Of a stretch of 64,000 bases of DNA, positions 10,625 to 19,623 are shown piece after piece. The stretch's first letter is position 1. The number at the start of each line of letters is the position of its first letter. The notes below the pieces were generated by a model, which did not search any database, was not told where the DNA came from, and saw only the letters and a program-made list of their open reading frames with translations. The translations under genes and the position numbers were made by a program. This DNA comes from an uncultured delta proteobacterium (lineage in GTDB: Bacteria; Desulfobacterota; Binatia; UBA9968): the NCBI GenBank assembly GCA_963745835.1, contig CAVUZH010000003.1, positions 1,088,001-1,152,000 of the forward strand, given 5' to 3'.

Positions 10625-11677
10625 TCAATTTGCCGCTAATGGATACATTCTTTTGGGATTCTGCGTCATGATCTTTTGCTTGGTTTCCATCGCGAGGTCC
10701 TCACGAGCGACAAATTTGCTGATATTTTCCCTGAATTCCGAGCGCGGTTCGTGAGGAAAGTCAGTCGCGCAGAAAAGGATATCGTCGCGGAGAAGCTCGA
10801 CGATTCTCGGAATGCCGAGTTCCTCGAGTTCGCAATGGATAAATATGCGGCCGCTCTTTAGATGTTCCGAGGGAGTAATCTTAAGCTCGGGAACCTGCGC
10901 GCTACGGTGTTCGTATTCCAGGTCCATGCGTTCCATCAGATATGGCACCCAACCGCAACCAGCCTCAGCGAACGCCACCTTTAGCTTGGGAAATTTGTCA
11001 AAAATGCCGCCATAGATCATCCCCGTCATTTGAATCATCTGGCCGAAGCCGTGACTCAAGGTGCGAACCTCGATCAAACGGTCGAAGGCGTCCACGCCAA
11101 TGCCTTGCGTCGGAGCGGCATGAACAGCCAGGAGCGCGCCCAACTCTTGGGCCGCCTCATAGACCGGAAAGTATCTCTCGTCACCGAAGGGCTGCCTCAT
11201 TCCGACTGCCGGGAGAATCGCGCCTACCATGTTGAGTTCCTTGACCGCTCGCCGTAGCTCTTTGACCGCCTCCGGTATGGATTGCAGCGGAATCAGAGCC
11301 ATGCCGCGAAGCCGCTTTTCCTGCTTTAAGAATACTTCGGAAAGATAATTGTTATAGCCTTGGGCGATCGCACAAGCCCAGTCCTTGTCCCGGATCAATC
11401 CAAAAGTAAGCCCGGCGGTGGGATACAGCACCGACCATTCGATCTCATCTTCATCTAGAAAATCCTTCCATTCCTTGAGCGATCCCTGCGCCACATAGCG
11501 GCCTTTGCCATCGACGACGCGCAAAGCCTGACGGTGAAATCCATCCAAGGTCGGGAAGAACGGGAACGACAAGAGATCCTCCCTGCCCTTGTAAGGCGGC
11601 GGCAAAAAATCTAACAAAGCCCGATCATTTTCCACCACATGTCCGTCAGCATCGATAAATCCTTTAACCTTAGTCAT
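10625..11677 (-). CDS. Amidohydrolase family protein (Amidohydro_2)
   Basis: IDADGHVVE, LYPT, AVHA, EAGCGWVPY, ATDFPH. Confidence 0.9.
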   Translation of the reverse strand: MTKVKGFIDADGHVVENDRALLDFLPPPYKGREDLLSFPFFPTLDGFHRQALRVVDGKGRYVAQGSLKEWKDFLDEDEIEWSVLYPTAGLTFGLIRDKDWACAIAQGYNNYLSEVFLKQEKRLRGMALIPLQSIPEAVKELRRAVKELNMVGAILPAVGMRQPFGDERYFPVYEAAQELGALLAVHAAPTQGIGVDAFDRLIEVRTLSHGFGQMIQMTGMIYGGIFDKFPKLKVAFAEAGCGWVPYLMERMDLEYEHRSAQVPELKITPSEHLKSGRIFIHCELEELGIPRIVELLRDDILFCATDFPHEPRSEFRENISKFVAREDLAMETKQKIMTQNPKRMYPLAAN

Positions 11678-11897
11678 TGAAATGCCTCACTCTCCCGTGG
11701 TTTGTCGCTGGCAAAATTTGCGCAAGTACTATTAGCGGTGTTCTCTCAAGCGTATTAGTTATCAAGAAAAGCTGAGGCTCTGCAATGCATAAAGAGAATT
11801 GCGGCAACTGCCAGACCAAGTTGAGATGTCAACTCCAGGTATTTTTGAGAGCGGGGACAACCTCGCCTAGCTACCTGGAAATTGACGTCGGCCTATC

Positions 11898-13469
11898 TCA
11901 CCGATCATTTAAGATCATTTTGTGCGACAAAAACTCGCTGACCACATCTTTCGCCTGCCGCTGATCGCCATCGACAGCATAGTTGAGCTCACGCATCTCC
12001 TCGACGTTCAGAATTCCGCCCAGCTGTTTTAGGACTTCTCTTATCTCAGGATGATTCTCCAAAGCCTTCTGCCGCACGACCGGTACCGCATCATAAGGAG
12101 GAAAGTAGTGCAGATCGTCCTCGAGTTGCACCAGGCCGTATCGGCTGATCAGGCCGTCGGTCGAATTCCCGGCAATCAGATCCACTTGCCTCTCCGATAG
12201 AGCGCGATAGGTCAAGGACAGGTCCATTTCACGAATTTCCTTGAATTGAAAACCATAGGTCCGCGCAAAGCCTGGATAACCGTCAGGCCGTGACATGAAA
12301 TCCTGACCGAATCCGGCGCGCCATTGTGTTGACATCCGTGCCGCGTCAGTAATCGTCTTGAGATTATGGCGTCGTGCTTCATCGCCTCGAACCAGGATCG
12401 CAAAGGTATTGTTGAAGCCAAGCGGTTCGGTCCATTCGATGCCGAACTGTTCGACGTAAGACGATTTGACCTGGCGATACACCTCTGCCGGATCCTTAAT
12501 CGCCGGATTTTTTAAGATCGCCAGCAGAGCAGTACCGGTGTATTCGACATAAACATCAATCTCGCCGGCGATCATCGCCTGATGAGCCAGATTTCCGCCC
12601 AGATCGAATCGGCGCTCTACTTGGAGGCCGGTTTTGGCTTCAATCGCCTGCGCCAGCAATTCACCCATAATGATCTGTTCGGTAAAGTCTTTTGAGCCAA
12701 CAGCGATGCGGCTGGCACTGTAACCTCGCAGAAAACTGACAGTGCCAACCGCTATCAGGATGAGGGCTGTCACCAGTGCCGGCCACAAAAGCTTGCGAAT
12801 TTTGTGACTTGCCGCGCCGCGAAAACGGATTGCGCGCTCCAAAAATCCAAGAAACAAATCGGCAACCAGGGCAATCAAAGCAGCCGGAACTGCTCCCGCC
12901 AGAATCAACACGTTGTCATTCGCTCTTAAGCCGCGGAAAATGTATCGTCCCAATCCGCCGGCATCGATGGCGGCTGCGATGGTTGCCGTGCCGACGCAGA
13001 TAACGGTGGCGACGCGCACGCCGGCGATAATGACGCCGAGCGCTAGTGGCAGTTCAACTTGAAGGAGCAGCTGCCGATCAGTCATCCCCATGCCGCGGCC
13101 GGCCTCCCGAATAGCCGGATCGACGCCGCTGATTCCGGTAAAAGTATTTCTAATGATCGGCAGCAGCGAGTATAAAACCAGCGCGGCAATGGCGGTGCGG
13201 GCGCCGATACCGCCGACTATACGCACATCAAAAAGAATCAGGTTGACCGGTATCAGAAAGCCAAAAAGCGCCAAGCTCGGAACGGTTTGCATGATGTTGG
13301 CAAAGCCCAAGACGGGCTTGCTCAACGCCGGTTTACGCGTAAGGAGAATGCCGAGTGGCACACCGATCAGGAGCGCAATACCGATTGAAACGCCGACTAG
13401 AAACAGATGCTCAAAGATCAGTGCAGCCAGTTCAGCCCGGTGCTCGGCGAAAAAACGCAGCAGGCTCAT
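11898..13469 (-). CDS. Osmoprotectant/ergothioneine-type ABC transporter, fused permease + substrate-binding domain (OpuBC/EgtU-like)
   Basis: QTVPSLALFG, EAGRGMGMT, GGLG; C-terminal SBP with GSKDFTEQ, YVEYTGT, GFNNTF, FPPY. ATGA overlap with the upstream ATPase. Confidence 0.9.
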   Translation of the reverse strand: MSLLRFFAEHRAELAALIFEHLFLVGVSIGIALLIGVPLGILLTRKPALSKPVLGFANIMQTVPSLALFGFLIPVNLILFDVRIVGGIGARTAIAALVLYSLLPIIRNTFTGISGVDPAIREAGRGMGMTDRQLLLQVELPLALGVIIAGVRVATVICVGTATIAAAIDAGGLGRYIFRGLRANDNVLILAGAVPAALIALVADLFLGFLERAIRFRGAASHKIRKLLWPALVTALILIAVGTVSFLRGYSASRIAVGSKDFTEQIIMGELLAQAIEAKTGLQVERRFDLGGNLAHQAMIAGEIDVYVEYTGTALLAILKNPAIKDPAEVYRQVKSSYVEQFGIEWTEPLGFNNTFAILVRGDEARRHNLKTITDAARMSTQWRAGFGQDFMSRPDGYPGFARTYGFQFKEIREMDLSLTYRALSERQVDLIAGNSTDGLISRYGLVQLEDDLHYFPPYDAVPVVRQKALENHPEIREVLKQLGGILNVEEMRELNYAVDGDQRQAKDVVSEFLSHKMILNDR

Positions 13470-14233
13470 GAACAGCTCTGCGCCTTTCCGGTATCGCGAA
13501 AACATTGAACAAAAGCCCGAGCCTCAGGATGATTCGAAGCAAGAAGCTCGGCAGGCGGTCCCAAAACGATCATCTCGCCATCCTTGAGTAAGCCGATGCG
13601 CGTTGCCAGGGCGAAAGCTTCGTCCACGTCATGAGTGACGAAAACCATGGTCTTGCCCAGCTGTTTTTGCAGTGAGCGAAACTCTTGTTGGATTTCGCGG
13701 CGCGTAATCGGGTCCAAAGCACCGAAGGGCTCATCTAGAAGGATCATCGGCGGATCTGCCGCCAACGCACGTGCCACCCCGACCCTTTGTCGCTGGCCAC
13801 CGGAAAGTTCCGCCGGATAACGGGCGGCGAATCTGTCAGGCTCCAAACCCACCATCGCTAACAGTTCCCGAGCACGGTTTCTAATTTTATCGGCCGGCCA
13901 ACTTTCAAGTCTGGGTACCAGCCCAATATTCTCTTCAATGGTTAGATGAGGAAATAAGCCAATCTCCTGAATAACGTACCCGATCCGTCGCCGTAAAATT
14001 ATGGGATCCCAAGCTTCTGTTGAGATTCCCTCGACCCTCACTTCGCCGGAAGTCGGCGCAAGTAGACGGTTAATCATCTTCATGGTGGTTGTTTTACCCG
14101 AGCCGCTACGGCCGAGAAGCACCACTGTTTCGCCCCGGTCTATCCTAAGGTTGAGATCAACGAGAAGTTTTTTCCCTTCCGCGATCTCAAAGCTTACGTT
14201 GTTGAATTCGATAGCTACTCGATTGTCGATCAT
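13466..14233 (-). CDS. ABC transporter ATP-binding protein (OpuA/EgtV-like, no CBS domains)
   Basis: GRSGSGKTT, IGYVIQEIGLFPH, LSGGQRQRVGVARALAADP, LLDEPFGALDP. Confidence 0.93.
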   Translation of the reverse strand: MIDNRVAIEFNNVSFEIAEGKKLLVDLNLRIDRGETVVLLGRSGSGKTTTMKMINRLLAPTSGEVRVEGISTEAWDPIILRRRIGYVIQEIGLFPHLTIEENIGLVPRLESWPADKIRNRARELLAMVGLEPDRFAARYPAELSGGQRQRVGVARALAADPPMILLDEPFGALDPITRREIQQEFRSLQKQLGKTMVFVTHDVDEAFALATRIGLLKDGEMIVLGPPAELLASNHPEARAFVQCFRDTGKAQSCS

Positions 14234-14290
14234 CGATCCATTGTCCCCCCGGGTCGCATCCGATTACACTTTCTTATATTCTATTTCGAT

Positions 14291-15319
14291 ATGGAAACAG
14301 AGCCGCTGCCTTCGATCCTTGCGCCGCATCAGAAGGCGCGATGGAAAACCAATCAGGATGGTATCTGGACCTTGGACGGCTCCCGCGTAGATGAGGTCCC
14401 AGCCCGTTCGATTTTGACAACCTTGTGGGATCAGCCGCGCTGGTTGGAGGCCTACCACTTATACGATCAACGAGGCTCCGAGCTTTTCGAACAGATTTGT
14501 CAGCTGCCGGAGTATTATCTGACTCGTACAGAAAATAGCATTCTCGAAGCGCAAGCCGCCGCTATCATCGCCGCCGCGCCGGTAGAATGCATTGTCGAAC
14601 TAGGCGCAGGCTATAGCAAGAAGACGATTCATTTGCTTACCGAACAGCTGCGGCAGCGCGACAAAGGGATCTTCGCGCCCATCGATGTCAGCGAATCAGG
14701 ACTACTGGCCTCGCGAGAAGCGGTCGCCCGAGATTTTCCGCGATTAGAGTTTCACGGACTTCACGCTCGCTATGAGGACGGCTTTACCAGTATCGAGCAA
14801 GCCGTACCGACCCTGTTTGTGTTTCTCGGCAGCACTGTCGGCAACTTCAATCACTCTGACTTTCCACGTTTCTTTCGCGCGTTATCGGAAGCGATGGGAC
14901 CGAAGGATTATCTCCTGCTCGGCGCCGATCGTATTAAAGACACAACGCTTCTCGAGCAGGCTTACAACGATTCACAGGGACTGACCGCGCAGTTCATTCT
15001 GAACGTGTTTTGTCATATCAACGATCTGCTCGGGAGCAATTTTGACCTGGCAAAAATGCGCTATCACGCGCGCTTCAATTCGGAATGGCAGCAAATCGAA
15101 ATGTACGCCATAGCGGAGCAACGTCATCGAGTAAGCTTCCCTACAGTAGAAACATATTTCGAGTGGCAGAAAGACGAAAAAATTCTGGTGGAGATCAGCC
15201 GTAAGTTCGACCCGCAGCGGTTACAGGAACAGCTAAGGTTTTTCGATCTCCTACCGATCGAGCACTTCACCGATCGTAATCAATGGTTTTCCGTTCTGCT
15301 CTTCCGCAAGCAAGGCTGA
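14291..15319 (+). CDS. egtD: L-histidine N(alpha)-methyltransferase (EgtD, Methyltransf_33)
   Basis: YDQRGSELFEQICQLPEYYLTRTE, VELGAG, FLGSTVGN, AYNDSQGLTAQF, IEM, EISRKF. Confidence 0.92.
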   Translation: METEPLPSILAPHQKARWKTNQDGIWTLDGSRVDEVPARSILTTLWDQPRWLEAYHLYDQRGSELFEQICQLPEYYLTRTENSILEAQAAAIIAAAPVECIVELGAGYSKKTIHLLTEQLRQRDKGIFAPIDVSESGLLASREAVARDFPRLEFHGLHARYEDGFTSIEQAVPTLFVFLGSTVGNFNHSDFPRFFRALSEAMGPKDYLLLGADRIKDTTLLEQAYNDSQGLTAQFILNVFCHINDLLGSNFDLAKMRYHARFNSEWQQIEMYAIAEQRHRVSFPTVETYFEWQKDEKILVEISRKFDPQRLQEQLRFFDLLPIEHFTDRNQWFSVLLFRKQG

Positions 15320-15395
15320 ATCTTAGACAACTCCGAAGCTGCCCGGATCGTATCCCGCCGCCGCACATGCGTTAAGAGTGGGCACCCCTTCTCGG

Positions 15396-16040
15396 TCAAG
15401 GCATTCCCAATAACGATCCCAGTGGTGAAATACTCAGCAACAGAACACTGCCGAAGACGGCAATGCCGCCGCCTGAGATGCGATGGATCCACCACAAAAG
15501 ACGCAAATTAAATCTGTCGCGAAACACCGTTAGGCCGAGAAACAATGCCACCCACCACGATGCCGAACCTACAAAGACGCCGGCGGCGAATAGCGCCGCG
15601 CCGCCATACTGGCCAATCATGCTCTGGGAATTCCAGGCGGCATAAATCGCGGCAAAAGACAGTATGGTCACGGGATTTGACAAGGTCAGAAGAAGGGTTG
15701 CCACGTACGTTCGCAGAAGCCCATTGATTCTCTTTGTTCGCGGCGGCGATTGTCCGGGACGCGTGCAGCAGATTTCGTAACCGAGATAACAAAGAAAAAG
15801 CCCGCCGACGAGTCGGAAAGCAAACTGGTGATCAACTAAGAACTGCGATACCAGCGAGATGCTCAGGGCCGCGATGCCTCCGGCCAAAGCATCAGCCGTG
15901 GCGATACCCAGGCCGGAAAAAAGGCCATACCATGGGCCTAGAGACAGCGCTCGATTGATGCACAACAGTCCGAGTGGGCCAACCGGTACTGCCACGACAA
16001 ATCCCATCATGGCGCCTTTGATGAGAAGATGAATTGCCAT
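15396..16040 (-). CDS. LysE family translocator
   Basis: GFVVAVPVGP, GLGIATAD, LTLSNPVTILSF; ~6 TM. Start at the MAIH ATG, 17 bp after the FGE gene. Confidence 0.88.
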   Translation of the reverse strand: MAIHLLIKGAMMGFVVAVPVGPLGLLCINRALSLGPWYGLFSGLGIATADALAGGIAALSISLVSQFLVDHQFAFRLVGGLFLCYLGYEICCTRPGQSPPRTKRINGLLRTYVATLLLTLSNPVTILSFAAIYAAWNSQSMIGQYGGAALFAAGVFVGSASWWVALFLGLTVFRDRFNLRLLWWIHRISGGGIAVFGSVLLLSISPLGSLLGMP

Positions 16041-16056
16041 TCCTGCCGTCGGAACT

Positions 16057-16878
16057 TTAACTTTTTGAGCGCGCGCAGCGAAAGCCGATATTGTGATGAC
16101 CCGAACGGAAATTCCGTGAGACATGAGCGCCTCGATGGGTCGTCGTCAACTCTTCGGCTGCCGAATCCTGACCGCCTCCTCTGGTGACGCGTACGAGGTC
16201 CCGCTGCAACTCTTCACGGCCGTCAGCGGCATTATAGGGATAAGGAAGATACGCGCTGCTCACCCATTCCCAACCGTTGCCCGCGAGATCGAGCACGCCA
16301 TAGGGGCTTGCTCCTTTCGGCAAGCTCCCCACAGGACGGAAGTCATTCCATCCTGCGCTGAAATGCGCCCGGGTGCGATCGGGCGGATCATTGCCCCAGG
16401 GAAATTTTCGCCCGTCTATGCCGCGCGCCGATTTCTCCCATTCCGCTTCAGTCGGCAATCGTTTACCTGACCAATCGCAGTACGCTGCCGCGCCGAACCA
16501 CGAGGCCTCGATTACCGGGTGGTTCTCAAAGCCGGGATCAGACTGCCATTTACCGGCGCGAAGGTGAATGCGCGCGTCGTTATCATCGCTATCGTACCAC
16601 CGTTCGGCAGCTGCACCTCGAACGCCTTTGGCCTCGAGGAACTTGGCAAACTGCGAATTCGTCACCGGTAAACGATCGATGAAAAATTCCGGCAAATCAA
16701 TCCGGTGCTGTGGCCGCTCGTCGGCGGGCCCGTCGTCTCTGCCCATTGAAAATGGCCCGGCAGGGATTCTTCTCATGTCAGCGCCATCGTTTGCATCGGC
16801 GCCGGTCGTTTGCGCGATACAGGCGGTCAATAATACGACCGAAAGTAAACCCCTCCGCCCAAGAAGAAAACGGCTCAT
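16057..16878 (-). CDS. Secreted FGE-sulfatase (SUMF1/EgtB/PvdO) domain protein
   Basis: Signal peptide/lipobox-like LLTAC; IPAGPFSMG, DERPQH, PVTNSQF, RLPTEAEWEKSARG, FPWG, DLAGNGWEW, GFRCA. Confidence 0.9.
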   Translation of the reverse strand: MSRFLLGRRGLLSVVLLTACIAQTTGADANDGADMRRIPAGPFSMGRDDGPADERPQHRIDLPEFFIDRLPVTNSQFAKFLEAKGVRGAAAERWYDSDDNDARIHLRAGKWQSDPGFENHPVIEASWFGAAAYCDWSGKRLPTEAEWEKSARGIDGRKFPWGNDPPDRTRAHFSAGWNDFRPVGSLPKGASPYGVLDLAGNGWEWVSSAYLPYPYNAADGREELQRDLVRVTRGGGQDSAAEELTTTHRGAHVSRNFRSGHHNIGFRCARSKS

Positions 16879-16973
16879 GATCGCAACATACCGCTTTTGA
16901 AAATTCTAGGAAACACCACGAATAGGACGAGCTAAACTTGTCACAGGTTTAAGCCTGTGCGACAGTCCCAACA

Positions 16974-18119
16974 ATGCGCAACTCGCAATCGTTTCGCCGC
17001 CGCGGTGTTGTCGAAGGATTCTTCGGCCCGGTGTGGAGCATGGCCCATCGCCGCCGCCTATTCGAGTTCGGCGCCGCTCGGGGAATGAACACCTATCTCT
17101 ACGCGCCAAAGGACGATCCCTTCCATCGCGAACGCTGGATGGAACCTTATCCTGAGAAGGAATGGCAGGCGCTCTTGACTATCATTCGCGAAGCACGAAA
17201 GCGCCACATCGAGTTTGTTTATGGCTTTCATCCCGGCAAGGCACTTTTGTTTAGCGCCGAGCAACCGCTGCGCGTTCTGCTGTCGAAGGCGCAGCGTTTC
17301 TACGATGCGGGAGTCCGTACCTTCGCAGTGCTGTTCGACGATATCCCTTCTCGCCTGGAGCATGCCGCCGATCGCAAGCATTTCAACAACAGCTTGGCAC
17401 GAGCCGAAGGAAATTGGCTGGCAGAAATCATCGCTCGTCAGCCGCCTGCATGGTCCGACGTGGAGTGGTGGATCTGCCCTTCGTTTTATACCCCTGATCC
17501 ATTACTGGCGCGTGTGTTTGGCGCCTTTGAGCCGCATTTTTTGGAAAATCTAGCGAAGTACCTTCCGTCCAATGTCTCCTGCTGCTGGACCGGCCCTTCA
17601 GTGGTATCGACAAAGATAACCCTCGCGCACGTTAGAAAAATTGCCAAGCTCGTCGGTCGGCCGTTGATTCTCTGGGACAACTATCCGGTGAACGATCTTT
17701 CAATGAAGGACGAGCTTCACCTGGGTCCGTTGAAAAATCGTGACACGCATCTGCCGGAAATCGTTTACGGCTACCTCAACAATCCGTTAGTTCAAGAAGA
17801 ACTGAGCTTTATCCCTTTGGCCACCTGTTTTGATTATGCCTCAAACCCTCTGGCCTATAGAGCGGAAGAAAGTTGGAATGCGATCGTTACACGCTCTTTC
17901 GGTCAGCGCGAGAGCGCGCACTGGCGCGCCATTCGAGCCTTCTGCGAAAGAGTTCAGCGAACTAAACGATCAAAAGTTGCCTCGCGCATGCCGCGCAGAG
18001 AACTGGAAGCCTTGCAAGAGGCGTCAGAATATATAAGGGCACACCGTCAAGAAAGATGGGCCGTGGAAATCAAGCCATGGAAAGAACAGATCGAACGAGC
18101 GCTTAAAGCGCAGAAGTAG
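16974..18119 (+). CDS. Glycoside hydrolase family 84 (O-GlcNAcase/beta-N-acetylglucosaminidase catalytic domain), cytoplasmic
   Basis: RGVVEGFFG..W, NTYLYAPKDDPFHRERW..PYP, catalytic LFDDI, WTGP, LWDNYPVND, LHLGP, NP. No signal peptide. Confidence 0.9.
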   Translation: MRNSQSFRRRGVVEGFFGPVWSMAHRRRLFEFGAARGMNTYLYAPKDDPFHRERWMEPYPEKEWQALLTIIREARKRHIEFVYGFHPGKALLFSAEQPLRVLLSKAQRFYDAGVRTFAVLFDDIPSRLEHAADRKHFNNSLARAEGNWLAEIIARQPPAWSDVEWWICPSFYTPDPLLARVFGAFEPHFLENLAKYLPSNVSCCWTGPSVVSTKITLAHVRKIAKLVGRPLILWDNYPVNDLSMKDELHLGPLKNRDTHLPEIVYGYLNNPLVQEELSFIPLATCFDYASNPLAYRAEESWNAIVTRSFGQRESAHWRAIRAFCERVQRTKRSKVASRMPRRELEALQEASEYIRAHRQERWAVEIKPWKEQIERALKAQK

Positions 18120-18183
18120 ATCGCTATAACTACAATTCGTCCGAATCTTGATCGCGCGCCGAGAGTAGCGTAAGTTTTTCAGA

Positions 18184-19614
18184 ATGATTGATCCCCATAT
18201 TACGGCGAGTTTGCGCGGCAGGCCACTTCCGGCAATGAATGGCGCTGAGCTGATTTCGCTGATGCGAGAGTATCGTTCCCGTACCCGAGAGTTGGTTGCA
18301 GATCTTGATGAGCGACAACTGATCGGGCCGCGTTTAGCAACGGTGAACCCGCCGTTATGGGAGATCGGCCACGTCGGGTGGTTTCAGGAGTTTTGGCTTT
18401 TGCGCCACCTGCGCCGGCAGAAGCCACTGCTTGAGAACGGTGATCAACTCTATAATTCCACGGATGTAGCTCATGATGTTCGCTGGGACCTTCTACTGCC
18501 TTCGCGCGATAATACCTGGCGCTATCTGGACGAAGTCTTGAACCGAGTCATCGAACCGATCGAAGGTAAGCATGATTTATCCGAGGAGGAGGTCTACTTT
18601 TACTCTCTGACCGCGTTTCATGAAGCCATGCACGCCGAAGCCTTGGCGTGCACAAGGCAAACCCACGGTTATCCCAAACCGAGCTTCCTGCCCGACCAGC
18701 GTATCGGCAAAAATCCATCTGATGATTTCCCAGGAGATGCAGATATTCCGGGCGGTGCATTCTTGATCGGTGCGGCGACTGACGGGCCGTTCGTTTTCGA
18801 CAACGAAAAATGGGCTCATGAGGTAGTTCTTCGGCCCTTCCGCATCTCGCGCGCGCCGGTGAGCAATAGAGAATTTCGAGAATTCGTCGAGGACGGCGGT
18901 TATGGCCAGCCAAACTGGTGGAGCGAAGAAGGCTGGCGCTGGCTGGAAACCGGCGGCGCGCCGCAGCTCGAGAATTCGTTCGCAAAATTCTTCAACAAGC
19001 CGATCAAGCAGTCGAGTCAAGCTATTGCCGGTAAAGAGAAACTTGATCATCCCATGTACTGGGACCGTGACCCTGATGGCCACTGGCAACAGCGGGTTTT
19101 TGATCGCTACGTTCCGCTGCATGACAATCTGCCGGTTGTGCATGTCAGTTGGTACGAAGCGGAAGCGTTTTGCGCTTGGGCCGGACGGCGTTTACCGAGC
19201 GAAGCAGAATGGGAAACTGCCGCATCGGCAGAACCAGCTTCCGACGGTTGCAGCTTGATCAACAAACGGCGTCGTTTTCCCTGGGGCGATACGCCACCAA
19301 CAAGTGCCCAGGCAAACCTTGACTGGCAGAACGGAATCGTTGAAATCAGCGCCCATGGAGCAGGCGACAGCGCGTTTGGTTGTCGTCAGATGATCGGCAA
19401 TGTCTGGGAGTGGACCGCTGACAACTTCATGCCGTATCCAGGATTTATCGCGGATCCTTATAAGGAATACTCGAAGCCGTGGTTCGGCACCCATAAGGTC
19501 CTGCGCGGCGGCTGCTGGGCGACCTCTTCGCGGCTCATTCGCAACACCTGGAGAAACTTCTACACGCCGGATCGTCGCGATGTTTTTTCCGGCTTTCGAA
19601 CATGCGCAAAGTGA
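18184..19614 (+). CDS. senA: Selenoneine synthase SenA (EgtB-like non-heme iron enzyme: DinB + FGE domains)
   Basis: NPPLWEIGHVGWFQEFW, LYNS..V.H..RW, FHEAMHAEA, FVFDNEKWAH, GNVWEW, PYKEYSKPWFG, RNFY.PDRRDVFSGFR; adjacent to senB. Confidence 0.85.
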   Translation: MIDPHITASLRGRPLPAMNGAELISLMREYRSRTRELVADLDERQLIGPRLATVNPPLWEIGHVGWFQEFWLLRHLRRQKPLLENGDQLYNSTDVAHDVRWDLLLPSRDNTWRYLDEVLNRVIEPIEGKHDLSEEEVYFYSLTAFHEAMHAEALACTRQTHGYPKPSFLPDQRIGKNPSDDFPGDADIPGGAFLIGAATDGPFVFDNEKWAHEVVLRPFRISRAPVSNREFREFVEDGGYGQPNWWSEEGWRWLETGGAPQLENSFAKFFNKPIKQSSQAIAGKEKLDHPMYWDRDPDGHWQQRVFDRYVPLHDNLPVVHVSWYEAEAFCAWAGRRLPSEAEWETAASAEPASDGCSLINKRRRFPWGDTPPTSAQANLDWQNGIVEISAHGAGDSAFGCRQMIGNVWEWTADNFMPYPGFIADPYKEYSKPWFGTHKVLRGGCWATSSRLIRNTWRNFYTPDRRDVFSGFRTCAK

Positions 19615-19623
19615 TGCTCCAAC

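Noticed and set aside
18184-19614. Calling this gene ordinary egtB
   Set aside because: PPLWEIGH and HEAMHAEA motifs, adjacency to a TIGR04348-type glycosyltransferase and absence of egtC/egtE fit SenA better. An HMM check is still advisable.
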